A stretch of DNA of 63,045 nt, filler included, from Bigelowiella natans CCMP2755 (taxonomy: Eukaryota; Protista; Cercozoa): the NCBI GenBank assembly GCA_000320545.1. It is 6 parts of 6 records of this genome, joined end to end, with 100 filler letters (N's around TTAATTAATTAA, not from the genome) between each part and the next. Parts side by side here need not be neighbours in the genome. Positions count along the whole stretch, not along the records: positions 1 to 23,958 come from ADNK01002707.1; 5 more parts are not named here. One strand, written 5' to 3'. A model generated the notes under the pieces. It made no database searches. It saw only the letters and a program-made list of their open reading frames with translations, and was not told the origin of the DNA. A program made the position numbers and the translations under genes. Below, one piece after another: positions 1-12,857 of the stretch (positions are counted from its first letter, which is position 1; each line of letters opens with the position of its first letter).

Positions 1-93
1 CTCGTACTTTGCTCCCCCCAAAGGCGAATCCCGCGACGAATAAGTCCGGGCGGCTATCGAAAAGGTCTTCCATCGTGACCCCCACCTATAGAG

Positions 94-134
<41 letters not shown>

Positions 135-270
135 GCGCATAATACATAACACATGCATAGCACTATCTGAGAATAAAGCTTCGTCTCTCTGGAGGGAGCA
201 AGCACATCGCTGAAAAGCGCGCCAAGTTGCTAAGTTCTATAGAAAAAGTCCGCAGTTACAACAACAACAA

Positions 271-305
<35 letters not shown>

Positions 306-838
306 CCCACAATACCAAAAAAATGATCACACACGCACGCAAAGGCTCTGGCACATGCACACACCAGACAGAAACACTCCTTCCGCATGGAGAAGGACTT
401 CGAGTTACGAATCCTACTCAAGGTGTTGAGAATGGAGTCGATCTTCAGCTGAATAAAAAGAGGAGATGGCCACGCCATAACATAACGGCAGTGCGCGAGT
501 AAATAAAAATGACACTGAGCGATGATAGTTTCAAAACACAAGTATTCACAAATACTTTCCACCCCCCACCCCCCGCCTCCGCCCACCCTCATCACCCCAT
601 TGGATTACCTGCCTGCGCCCTGATTCTCCGTGCGTTCGGAAGGTCAGTCTCGATCCCGCAACACTGCTGTAGTCTTTTATGCCACGCCCGACCAGCACAC
701 GTCTGGGGTCGTTGGCTGATTCGTCGAGTTCCAACGTCGGGAGCAAACGGACAGCAACCTTGTGTGTTTCATGCCTCGAAATCAGATACGTCGCAGCAGA
801 GAGCGACATGGTGCTATGCACACCATACCCCCCCCTCA

Positions 839-886
<48 letters not shown>

Positions 887-1436
887 CACATACACACGTA
901 CACGTACACGTACACACATAACACACACGTGCATAAACTCAGAATTTCGCCCGCATTTTACTATTCCGCTCGGTTTTCAGCGACAGCGGCAACGGCTGCA
1001 TAAAACGCGTGTGACTTCCAAGATTCGTGTGTGCATCATCACTACCCCCCCGAAGAAAGCTTTGGTGTATTCAACAAGCTTTTGGAGAAAATCCGAGCTT
1101 ATGTGCGCTCCGCCGGAGGACTTGAAGGAGCCGATGGGAAGCAAGCAAATAGTAGTTTTAGTGGCGTTTGTCATGGGCTTGAACTTACCGCTTCGCATTG
1201 TTGTTAGGCTGTTTATTTTCCAAATTTTTGGTTCAAGTATAAATGAAATAGATTGGCAAGGAAAGCATATATGCACGATGAGTACACACACAAGCTGCGC
1301 TATAAATGATTGAGGGAAGAGGTGTCTATGTGCCTTCTTTACAATTAAAAATAAGGTAATCATATAACACCCACATATTCCCTCCATCCCCCCTCCCCCC
1401 CCCCCTTATATCACACACACCATCATCATCGGGTTT

Positions 1437-1478
<42 letters not shown>

Positions 1479-2027
1479 ACTAACTACTGCCTCACTTCTG
1501 CATTATGACACTGCCATCCTCATTTCCACCGCCACCACCAACACCACCATCATCATCATTTTCATCATCAACAACAGCATTTGAGATACATTGTTATTCC
1601 TGAGTACCTGAGGTATTGTTTATATGACTGTCCTTCCTCCGCGTACTGAGCTAGCCAGTCGTCTTGACTGTAGCAGGGCGACAACGGGTTGAAGTGCTCG
1701 GTCCCATTCTCCGTTTTTGTCTCCGTGAAGTAGCTGCGCGGGAAATATATGCATGATATGAATGAGGAAAACGTATAAGGAGATCTAGATTGAAAACTAT
1801 GGCGATGATGAAGCGTCCAATCGATCATACCTTCGCTTATCCCAGCATTTACAATCAGCTTGAGCATCTAGATCTGGAAATTTCCCGACGGCTTTCTTGC
1901 ACTCGCTTTGTGATGGCCGATGGAAACTCGAGACGTACCGAACAACCACATCTGGCACTACAACTGGTAGCTTTCTCTTCTTCCTCTTTTTCTTCTTTCC
2001 GGCCGATGACGAAGCCGGGGGCTGCAC
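1..2027 (-). CDS. Archaemetzincin (peptidase M54)-like zinc metalloprotease, 5' part; multi-exon, runs off the window start
   Basis: Minus-strand exon translations FNPLSPCYSQDDWLAQYAEEGQSYKQY, TICLLPIGSF...LQKLVEYTKAFF, QLKIDSILNTL...CFCL and VGVTMEDLFDSRPDLFVAGFA (1-85) match the ordered N-terminal motifs of AMZ1/AMZ2 (SDW...E..Q.F, IYIQSIG, QIHAGDIL, VGITMIDLY). The HExxH motif lies outside the window and the start codon is uncertain. Confidence 0.8.
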
Positions 2028-2476
2028 CTTAAAAGCACAAAATTTCCAAGCGAGCCATAGTCACCGGTTAAGCCTATGTAGTAAACTGATTAAGTAGAAC
2101 CGACCGTTTTCGGAAATTTAGCTATAGCCTCATCCCGCTTTCTAATTCGCGTTGATCGCCTTGGCTGCATAACACGGGGAGGAGACGTTGGAAATTAGGG
2201 TTCGGTTGCGAGCCGAAATTTTACGAATTCTGAAGGAAAAAAAAATCACTGGCATTTTAGTCGTACGACATCCCACGTTTTCGGTTGAGCAGTCGCACTC
2301 AAAAAAGATTGGTTTCTACTTGCGACAATAATCACATGTTATTCTGGAAAAAAATGATCGCATCTTTGGAAACGATGCCGTTTTTTACTCGCGACAACCA
2401 TGATATCATGACGCTCTTTGAGAATCAAATTGCATCCTGCGGTTCGGATGATCGGAGCGAGGTTGGCGTTCCGGCG

Positions 2477-3229
2477 ATGGGGAGGGAGGAGGAGGACGCT
2501 CGTTCGGACAGTGTATTGATAAAACTATACCGCTTTAACAAATCTTCATATTGTGGCTATCTTTGCCGAGCATATGTATTTCAAAATACGCCATCATCAT
2601 CATCATCATCATCAATCAGCACGACGTACAATCTACAAGGGCCTGTGGGTCGGGAGCTCAATATCGAGGCAACCGAGGGATCATTCAAATTGTAACCTCT
2701 CTCATAAGAATTCGAGTTTCGGCAACCAATAACTACAACCCGACTTTTGGTATAAGGTCTCCTGCATCGGCGATATCTCTTGAAGCAGTAAAGAATCTTC
2801 GTCGTGACCTTCATGGGGTAGGTCTAGACTGGGGCACAGGTAATCATGATAACGATAGATACCTCATGCGGCATGATGTCGCTCGTACACTTGATACCAA
2901 TAGATATATTAATTAGCTTATGCCCACACTACTGCCCATATGCACCACTGCATGTGCGAACGGTCTCTGCTGAAGAGATATGGTTCTAAACTGCGCTGTG
3001 CTCGTCATAGGCGTTGGGTTGCTGGCGCTAGCATGTGCACAGGTATGATGGTTTTCCATTCCTGATCTCTCTCCCTGCACACTTTATGCTCGATTATCGT
3101 TACAAATAATATTCTGTGCAGCTGGACTCTGTAGACTTCATGTATGGATTCGACATTGAGGAGGTCGCCGTAAGCACAAGCGTGCACACGCAGAGCAATG
3201 GCATTGTCAGCTTGCTACAAGCATAAACA

Positions 3230-3322
<93 letters not shown>

Positions 3323-4698
3323 CACTGCCACGGTTCACAGGAAAATATCCAATGTTCAATTGAGAATTCAAGAAAGAATGGTTTGGGAGACAAAGCTCTC
3401 TTCCTCATCGCGGACTCTACGGATCCTTTCGATCCGAAGGAGAGAGAGGCCTTCAGAGATAAGAGGTGCTGCTAACACACGGGCTCACGAAGCTACACAT
3501 CCCAATGTAATTAATCGCTCACCCTCAGGCTGGGTTTTTTTGCAGATTGGACTTCGTTGTAGCGAATCCTCCTGCGAGCGATATGGCGACTACCGACGGG
3601 TTCGAATTTAGAAGGTATGTTCTCAATCTCCCTTTCTCCCTCTTCGCTATCCATCCCCCCCCCTCTCTCTTTCTCTGTTTTTCTCTGTTTTTACCTCTCA
3701 GCGCCGCAGACATTATGGCCATTATTAACGATAAAAAATACGCCCCATTCAGGATTGTGCTTCGAGATGCGTTGCGGCATCTGAAGCCTGGGGGCATCGT
3801 CGCTCTCCAAGCGCTTTCCTACTACGGTACACGTGAATGCTCCGAACGAGCAGCTGTTTCTTTCGCCAGGCCCCCGTCTGAACGGGGTTGTGTGCGTGTA
3901 CGGCTGCATTTATTGATGATGATTGTCCCCTACGGCGGTGTCGATTTATATGCGCTGAGTGTGGGTATTTGTTTAACGAATCAATATGACACACAATAGG
4001 CCATGACCGTGTATCTTCAGCCTGCTCGGACAACATGTCAGGCTATGCTTATGAAGGCATTGCTGCGTCAACAGATTGGGTTCACCATCAGCTCATTAGA
4101 TTGTAGAAACAGTATTAATATATAAATCTTTTTTGTTTTTCCCCCCTGTCATTATTCATTCAAATGTCGGAGGGTAAGTTTCGTCCTATGTGCCCTTTAT
4201 GTGCTTTCATGAACAGCTCAGACATGTGTGTCGTCGAGTATCCATCCACCAACTGATCTTCCGCCCCCGATGTATCATTGTTTTGTTTCACCCATAGGTT
4301 TCGCTCTGGAATGACGAGGAAAGTGAGAGCATTCTCAAGCAGCAAGTTAGCGGGTATAGATATATACGGAAGACAATTAGCGAGGGGGTTAAAGTCGGTG
4401 GAATAATCGACCATTTTGTGAGAACTATGAATACCAACTGATGTCAACGGCGGGTAGTCTGGAAAATGATATTATCTATGTTGTTATCGAGAATGATTAG
4501 TGCGCATTCGTCACACAACAAAGGTACGCCCAGGAAGAAGCCAGGGGGGGGGAGCGGTACTACTGCCATCCACTTTCTGTCGAAGATGGCCACGATGGAG
4601 CCCTCATGACAGCTACAGAGACAGTCGAAAACGTAATTGCAAAGGGGCTGGTTCCCCTTGGAAAATGGCAGGTTCATCTGTTTCGTCGCCAAGATTAA
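2477..4698 (+). CDS. Class I SAM-dependent methyltransferase (HemK/MTS-like, NPP motif), multi-exon
   Basis: Spliced translation gives motif I LDWGTGVGLLALACAQ, then DFMYGFDIEE, ENIQCSIENSRKNGLG, LDFVVANPPA, LRHLKPGG, and ends ...PLGKWQVHLFRRQD* (TAA 4696-4698). GT-AG introns separate these segments. Confidence 0.8.
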
Positions 4699-4779
4699 TG
4701 AGATTAACACGCAAACTAGCAGCTGTCGCTTCACATGTGTCCATCTACTAGCTATGCGTCGTTCTTGTCATGATTTGCA

Positions 4780-5990
4780 ATGCCCACAATGCGCGACTCA
4801 TCAAGGCCATTCAGTGTGTGCACAGGCTGAGTCTTGAGCAAATTTGGGCGCATTCACCGTGTCGCATTCTGACGCCACTGTGCTTCTACTGAAAGCAATG
4901 TGTGGCCAACAAATGCAACTGACAAAAAAAGGCGCTCACGCGGTTCAGCCGAAGGGAGCCGAAACCATCGCGGCCATCGCTAGTGCACAGCCCAACGCAC
5001 TGGCCACCCGCTAGCCCGCCAGCTAGCCAGCTAGCCAGAGATGAATGGACTTGGATGTTGGATTCAAATTGAAAAAATTGCACAAGATGGGCAAGCAGGC
5101 AACAATCCGCACGGTACGTGCAGATCCAGAGATGTCGATCGCAGCGACAGTGGACAGGCAGCTGTCGAGGGCGATGCAAAGTGCGCTGGCAGACGCTGAA
5201 GATGCTCCAACAGCTCACGGTTTGTGTGTTGAACGACCAGACGGCTGCGCAAGCCTTGAGATTTCTCAGCCAGTCTGGCAGTCCAGCAGTGGGCCACAAC
5301 AGACAACGCAATGATGGCCTGCCACGATGTGAGAACAAACCAGCGCGTGTGATGTGGCGAGCACATGGAGGCCCAGGGGAGGATTTTTGGTGGAAGTGCG
5401 AGTGAGCACCAACTCATCGCTCATCGGCGCCAATGAAAAAAGAACACGGCGTCCGAATCGAAGTCTCGTGCCACGATCCAGCGATTGTGATGACAGCACC
5501 AGCTCATTGACGGGCGTGCAATTGGTCACTCAGAGCCAGGTTCAATCCCAGACCACTGGTGCGGTTCTGGACTGACAAAAGGGAAAGTGAGGTCAACCAA
5601 CAACGCAGTCACTCGCCAGAGCACCAACATCCACTCAGCACGCAAGCTCTTTCAAGTGCTGACACACACACCGACACAAACACACCAGCCTCAACGAACA
5701 ATGAGAACAATGAGAACAATGATGAAAAACCACACTTCCAAAGTGTGACAAGACACTTGCAATGTGCGAAATGCAGTGCCTCGAACTGGCTTCAGTGAGG
5801 ACTGACTGACAAGCCAGCGGGGTTCATGCAAATTGGCACGAACTGAGCAATGAATGCATCACAACTGGCAGCCAAACGACGACGACGCAAAGCATCCATC
5901 CTGAGCAAGAACTTCCTGACAGCCACGTCAACACGGAGATGAAGATCAACGTCAGGGTCAACGAACTGAGTCAAAAGGGTCATTGGACTA
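4780..5990. repeat. Degenerate intergenic repeat tract, TpA-depleted; contains a copy of a dispersed repeat at ~5700-5840
   Basis: Only one TpA seen in 5041-5988. Shares CCAAAG(C)GTGTGACAAGACACTTGCA with 37602-37627 and GTGCGAAAYGCAGTGCCTCGA with the reverse complement of ~20611-20631. Confidence 0.6.
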
Positions 5991-6154
5991 TGAGTGTGTC
6001 ACAAAGAAACAGAGCATCGGCAGACTCCGCGTAGAGACAACGGAGAATCCTTGTCGCGCAACATAAAACCCCTCGTTTAATGGCAAAACAACGGTCGAGG
6101 GCATCTTTCTCCGCTGTGCGCACAGTGGCTTTCTTTGGCCATCCTCCCCCCCCA

Positions 6155-8103
6155 ATGTCAATTGTCTCACTCGCCCTGTACTCCATTGCGGCGCTTCTCA
6201 CCCTAGCCGCTGGGTTTGTGGTAGCTGCAATTGTGCCTCTGTTGTTTTCACGGAGTGCCCCTCGGGGTTATCGAAGGTATGCAAAGACGGAGGTCAAGAG
6301 TCCGCGCGTGCGAGCTGATCGAGACGGTTCGGATATTTCACCCTAATTTTTCGAGCTAGTACTTGGAAATAATTTTTCTGCTAATGGATATGTAAAATGA
6401 ACATAGGTTTCTCCAAGAAGAAGATCCCCGATAACCTGGATTACATCATAGTTGGATCGGGAGCAGGCGGGCTGGCGTGTGGGGCACTCCTTGCAAGATC
6501 TGGCCGGAGAGTTTTGGTTCTAGAGCAGCACTACATTGCAGGGGGCTGCCTGCATACCTTCGACGAGAAGGGCTTCGAGTTTGACACCGGTCTACACTAC
6601 ATAGGCAAGGTGAAGAAGTATGGCACGCTTCTGGGGCTAGCCGCTGGGAGCAGCCTCGACTTCAAACAGACAGGATCGAAGGAGGACGGATACACGTACG
6701 ACCGGCTCGTGTTTTCAGATGCCGATCATTTCGATCTAAAAGCCGGGGGGAAAGACATACTTCGTCGCTCATTGCTGGAGCGTTTCCCTTCTAGCAAGGA
6801 GGATATTGACAAGCTCGTCGGCCAACTCCTTGCGTCGCGATTCTCGGAAGCACTGCCGTTCATATGGCGGTACATCCCACGTTGGATCGGAAGACCTCTC
6901 AACATGCTCACAAAACTTTGTGGTCTTCACACTTTGTTCGCATCCTCGACGTCCGCGGTTCTCGAAAACAGCATCCGAAATCCAGAGATCCGCAGCATTT
7001 GTCTTGGCAACACGGGGGACGAGGGGGGCAGTCCTGAGGACAACTGCTGGTTATCGAGGAAGGGCGTCTTTCGCCACTACTTGCGGGACGGTGGTTTCTA
7101 TCCGGTTGGAGGTCCAGCTGCGATCTCTCTCGCTCTTATTGAAGCAATTGAAAAAAGCGGGGGACGGGTTCTTGTGAGGGCAAATGTCAAGAAGATTCTG
7201 GTAAGGGGGGGTAAGGCGACTGGCGTAGTCGTTTCAAAGGCCGCCGGGGACGTTGAAATATCAGCAAAGGAGGGCGTCATCGCTGCATGCGGGGCCAAAG
7301 TGCTCTATGAAGATTTGCTACCCGGCGTTCGAGAAGCTAAGCAACAAGCCGCGGCTTTAAGCAAGATCCGGCAGTCCGCATCGCACATCTCCATCTTCAT
7401 CGGCCTCAAGGGGTCGCAGGAGCAGCTGAAACTGCCATCATACAACTACTGGGTGCTTCCAAACCTCGACACCAAGACAGGAGTTTATCGCTCGCCGATG
7501 AAGGAAGAGGCGGGGTACGACCCAATGACGTTTCCAGCATTGGGGTTCATGGGATTCCCATCCGCCAAAGACCCCACGTATCATCTACGATGCCCCGGTA
7601 AGTCGGCCTGCTGTCTCATCACAGAGGCTCCCTATAGTTTCTTTTCCGAGTGGAAGGGCACGAAGTCGGGCAGGAGGCCAAAGGACTACGAGGCTCTCAA
7701 GAAGAAGATAGCGGATAAGTACATCAGTGAGGTCGTTCTCCGCCTGCACCCGGAGCTGAAGGACGCCATCGACTTCGTCGATGTGGCTACCCCGTTGACT
7801 TCACAGTTCTATTTAGGTTCCAAACGTGGAGCGTCATATGGCCTCGAGCAAAGTCGAGCGCGCTTTTACGACTGGGGCGTTCAGGACGCGCTGCATTGCC
7901 AGACAAGGATACCGAATCTGTACCTCACGGGGCAAGATGTAGTCACCTCTGGAATTGCGGGAGCGGTCACATCAGCGTACTTCACCGCCTCGAAAATTCT
8001 AGGGTACAGCTTCCTCGAGGTTCTCACAGGTAAGGGCATTGTCAGCGACTTGAAAAAGATAACTCCAAAGTTTCGAGACTCGAAGCTCTCTAGCTTCATC
8101 TGA
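6155..8103 (+). CDS. All-trans-retinol 13,14-reductase (RETSAT)-like / phytoene desaturase-family FAD oxidoreductase
   Basis: Hydrophobic N-terminal anchor exon from ATG 6155, intron ~6327-6406, then GFSKKKIPDNLDYIIVGSGAGGL (Rossmann motif), EQHYIAGGCLHTF, FEFDTGLHYIG, FPSAKDP, ATPLT...GASYGL and NLYLTGQD, all typical of RETSAT. Confidence 0.9.
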
Positions 8104-9074
8104 TGAAGGCTGAATTGTTCATGCGTTATTCTCGCTCTTCCTTTCATTAGCACCGGCTTCCACTGCACAATGCACCTGTTGTGGATTCGATGTGCGTGTT
8201 GCGCTGCTGTGGTGCAAGCGATGACGCAGCATGATCTAATGATGCGCGCGCAGCGCATGCTAGCATGGTGTCCATCGTGGCAAAACGCCATAGCAGGCTG
8301 CTGTCTGTTGATGGTGACACAAGAATCATGCAAATCTGTTCATGTGGCCGATCTGCACAAACACCACAACCGCGCTTGCTAGCCGCAGCAATCGAGTTCA
8401 TTCCAAACAAAAAATGCTTGCCGACCCTTCTAGCCATGTGCGTGTTGCACGTCATGCACATGCTGTAGTGCTTGTGGCGCGCGTGCGCACTTTGGTTCGG
8501 CATGAGCCAGTAGGACGCATCGCAGGGCTGCTGTGGTGGCTGCAAATGCGTGTCTAGCTAGCTAGACATGTCACATGCGACATCCATTTGCAATCTCACG
8601 CTACGTACGCTGCGCTAGCGGTACATGCAGATAGGTACGCACGTACAGGCTAGCGCAGGCACAAAAATATCTTGATGTTGACTTATCGCATGCGCACATC
8701 ACAAGACTGACGATACATGCAACGTTACTTTCAGTAGTGGCTGACAACGATGATGCCATGACGACGTCAGGCGGCATTGACACGTGCAATGGTGCGCTCA
8801 TTTGCATGACTTGCGCTTTGAGTCCTGATGATTATTAAAACTTTTCATGCAGCGCTAGTCTGTACGACCACTGTCTAGACATTTATTAGCATTACAAGTC
8901 TCGCGGGCTAGCAGGCCCAGTGTGTAGCGCTGTGTACGCGCTAGCAGCTGCTGGTAGCTATAATCGCGCTTTGGAACGGCCATGCAATGTAGGCGGTTAC
9001 ATCATCACCATGAACGTCATAATAATAAGACATACGATGATTAGCATAGCCGCCGCACTGTGCTAGTGTGAGGT

Positions 9075-9170
9075 AGACGGATGTACAATGAATCGATGCT
9101 AAAAAAATCTTTTCAATGGTCATCCTGATTAGGCAGCAGCATGCAAAGTATATAGAGGCTACAGCAGCTA
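9075..9170 (-). mobile_element. Short degenerate 3'-end fragment of the LINE family at 31575-35973
   Basis: AGACGGATGT...TTTTCAATGGTCATCCTGAT...GGCTACAGC matches the LINE 3' end at 31577-31650, with small indels. Confidence 0.6.
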
Positions 9171-9988
9171 TAGCACGTAGCTCACGACGCAAACATGACC
9201 AGATAAGTATTTGACAAGGAACTAACTGCGATGCGGCACATACACGTGCGTGTACGGCGGGTTATTATGGCTGGCGGCGTACCTTGAGGTACATGCCTGT
9301 ATACATGTGTACGCACGTGGTGGTTATTCCATGCATGCAGATGACATGTGTCACACTTGTTTGCCATCGCGCGACGATGTGTAATACATAACGGATTGGA
9401 GTGAGCAACGCACAGCCTGCCACGCACCATGCATGTAACAACAGAGCTGCGCGTCACATGTGCATCGTACATGCTGCAGCTAGCTACATGTGCGTAATCA
9501 TGGCTACTTCTTCATCTGACTTGATATTATTGAAAATTGGTTGTATAACCACCCATCATCAACATGGCCGGTAACAACGTATTGTATGCCGATGTTCTCA
9601 CTACACATTTAGTAGTAGTATGTAATAAAAACACGATGGCATTTCCTGTCTATGAGAGCTCTTAAATTGCTTCTCGATAATCTTCATTATTACTTTCCTT
9701 GATTTCAGGTCTATTTTCCCCGTTGTTTATTGGTTGCTCCACGGCGTCAGCGTTTCCGTAAAACGAGTGAGTCTCAAAAACTCATCGTCGGACCACCGCG
9801 CACAAATCTCAAAACAAAAATTAAATTCTTTGGGCAGAGCAACAACTTTAAAGAGTGGGAGGCAAAGAAGGAGGCGGAAGAGAAAATGAAAGAGAATAAA
9901 AAACGCACACACGATATTCTGTGTAGCAGCTATATGCAATATATGATAATATTCTATAAGATTTTTTTTTTAAATATTTATATATTTA

Positions 9989-10040
<52 letters not shown>

Positions 10041-10218
10041 AATTAGAAAGAAAATGTTCGACTCCTTCCTTGTTGCCGCCCCTCAGCGATGTACATACAT
10101 GAGACTCTCCCCTCCCCGATTGACTCTCCTTTTCTATAAGGAACGCTACATAACCAAAGACCGAATTGCTTTCCTACATGCGGCGGATGGATGGACACTC
10201 CGTATTTCGTCCCAATCA

Positions 10219-11289
10219 TTACGAGAAGACGTATTCGTTGAGCAGGGAAATGATAAGGAAGATTACCCACAGGATGAAAAATGCGACGCCGAGCTCCTTG
10301 CTCATTCTCCAGTTCATGTATGCAATCACTGCTACACAGCACGCTAGCATTCCTGAGATTATTAGGTGAGTGTTATGATGTCGTCGTCTTTTTGTAGTTG
10401 GTGAATCTGCCATGGCTCTTCTTAATTCCATTTCCGAACCCCCCCCCCCCCCCCCCCCCCCCTCTCTCCGCACGCACGCACATATGCATAATGCAAGTTA
10501 CTTCACATCGTCGCCCCCTTTTTGGAAAAAAATTAAATTTTCCTCCGCGGTGGAAAGACACGCTTATTATGACACTCTTCGCCGATGCGTGCTTCTTCTT
10601 ACCGAAAAGCATAACGACGGATATGAACAACCCGTCAGTCCCGACTGATATAGCCTCGCTGTTGGCAATCGTGTACAGCAGCCACGGCAGCGGCAATCCC
10701 ACCGTTATATCGAATATGTTGGATCCAAGGGAGGATGACACGGCCATATCGCCCTTTCCTTGTTTTGCAACGATGATACTTTCTAAGAGGTCGGGAACCG
10801 ATGTTCCTGCAGCAGCAGAATCATCAGGTGTAAGGGGGATCGCGACAGTGTCAGTCATCACGAGTCGGGGAGGTTGAGCTAGGGTGATGGATGATGATGT
10901 AGCTGATGATTGATGCCTCTCGATGGCCAAATTGGAAAATACGACGACATGGGGTTTTACATAGCTCTTTCTTCTTCTTCTTCTTCTTCTTCTTCTTCTT
11001 CTGCGTAGTAGTCGTTGTACCTATAGCGAGGATGGTGAGGCCCATGATTGCCGTTGGAATACCCAGAGCGTCCCCGACGATTGTAATCCACCACACCATA
11101 AAGAAGCTGAAGATCCCAATCCAGCACACGCTGAAGAAGAATGCTAATACATACCTGACGATTGATTGATTTTTTGAATTTTTCACAGTTAGCAGTCATT
11201 TATCAATATCAGCAAGGGGAGGAATGGGGGACACGATAACCAAATCAACGTGCAAATATATACACACTCGCACGTAAACGTGCACGCAC

Positions 11290-11340
<51 letters not shown>

Positions 11341-11351
11341 GCTCTCTTTCC

Positions 11352-11395
<44 letters not shown>

Positions 11396-12217
11396 TTCGA
11401 TCTATCTGATTCCGAGTATTGTCCCCCCCCCCTATACATCATTGCTTGCATGCAACTTACAAGTGCCGATAGCCCGGCCTCCTGACATCCGGTATTGTAT
11501 AAAAGAGAGAGTACATGAGCGGCGCTAGCGCTATGTAAACGATGCGTTTATTCCAAGAGCGCGGGAACGCCAAATCCATGGGAAGTTCCTCGTCTGATTC
11601 GTCGCCATCATCACTCGCGCTATTTTCGGCCTTTGATTCTTGCCGACTACTTGGAGCATCATCGCCGATGGCCTTCGATCCATCCTGCATGGTCGATGAT
11701 GTTTTAGGCGTAGCAGCAGCAGCAGCACCACCACCCCTTCCCCACCCAAAAAAGCAAACAAGCGAAACCGTTGAAGATGGCAAACAAGCACACGCGAGAG
11801 GGCCCCCTACACCCACGTACAACTGCCTATGCGCGCATGTCTCATATATTCGCATGTATCTGATAGATGCATCGCTCGCTGAACCTTCTCCGCCATCGCA
11901 ATGGGCGTGGTCTTCGTTCGAGAGAACGTTTTCCCTTCGCCTGGTTGTTTCAGAACGGGAATGTAAGAGGAGTCGATGGCAGCGGTATTATCATCGCTAG
12001 TAGTTGTCGCACCCCCTCCCGCGTCCGATTTCGGGGTCTGCGCCTGCATCGCGAGCTGCACAGGAGACCTGGGGAAAGGGGGGGAAGGAGGGAATATGGG
12101 CAGAGGAACATGCTAGTTAGCGAGAACGGTGATGCAAGTTTCGTCTTGATATCGTAAATGCAGCACACGAGCGCACATGAAATGTGTGTCTAGGTTAAGC
12201 AAGAAACGCGCGCGCGC

Positions 12218-12249
<32 letters not shown>

Positions 12250-12747
12250 AAGTTAAGCATACCCTGGGCGGCTACCAGTATCCAGAGAAGCACGCGATTG
12301 TGCGCTTGCCTGGAAGTGTTTATGCAGCTTGTAGTGCATAGTTGTGCTTCTGCCAACGTCCTTCTTGTCATCGAGGGCGGGCTTCGAGACATCCACATCC
12401 AGCCCGCCTTCCTCCGCATCACCTTCCTTACCATCTACAGGATGAACTTGCCCCTCTTTGTAGCCGCATCTAAGCAACATCGTCTTCACCCATTTTTCAA
12501 TAGCCTCGTTTTTGCTGTGGAGTGTAGAGGGAGGGGGGAGGTTAGTCAAGTGCGTAATAGTAGTAGTAGTAGTAGTAGTAGGAGGAGGAGGCGTGCGCGG
12601 AGGAGAAGGTGATCTAAGCGTATCATCGACTTGAACAGCCTTTTTCTAACCACGAGATGTATTTTAAATACAAGAGCATAGGGGAAAGAAGCTCGTTTCT
12701 AACTAAAACCCTCCAACACATTCATCACCACCAACATAATTAGTATG

Positions 12748-12818
<71 letters not shown>

Positions 12819-12819
12819 A

Positions 12820-12857
<38 letters not shown>

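Noticed and set aside
227-1313. Many ORFs with [12 protein letters not shown], poly-D/H/S runs here and throughout the track
   Set aside because: They are translations of intronic microsatellites or antisense frames.
4886-5983. Dense overlapping ORFs in TpA deserts (also 19725-20789 and 36874-38087)
   Set aside because: Loss of TAA/TAG stops lengthens all frames; no protein motifs recognised.
9700-10347. Plus-strand ORFs downstream of NCKX
   Set aside because: No recognisable motif, and the second overlaps the last NCKX exon in antisense.
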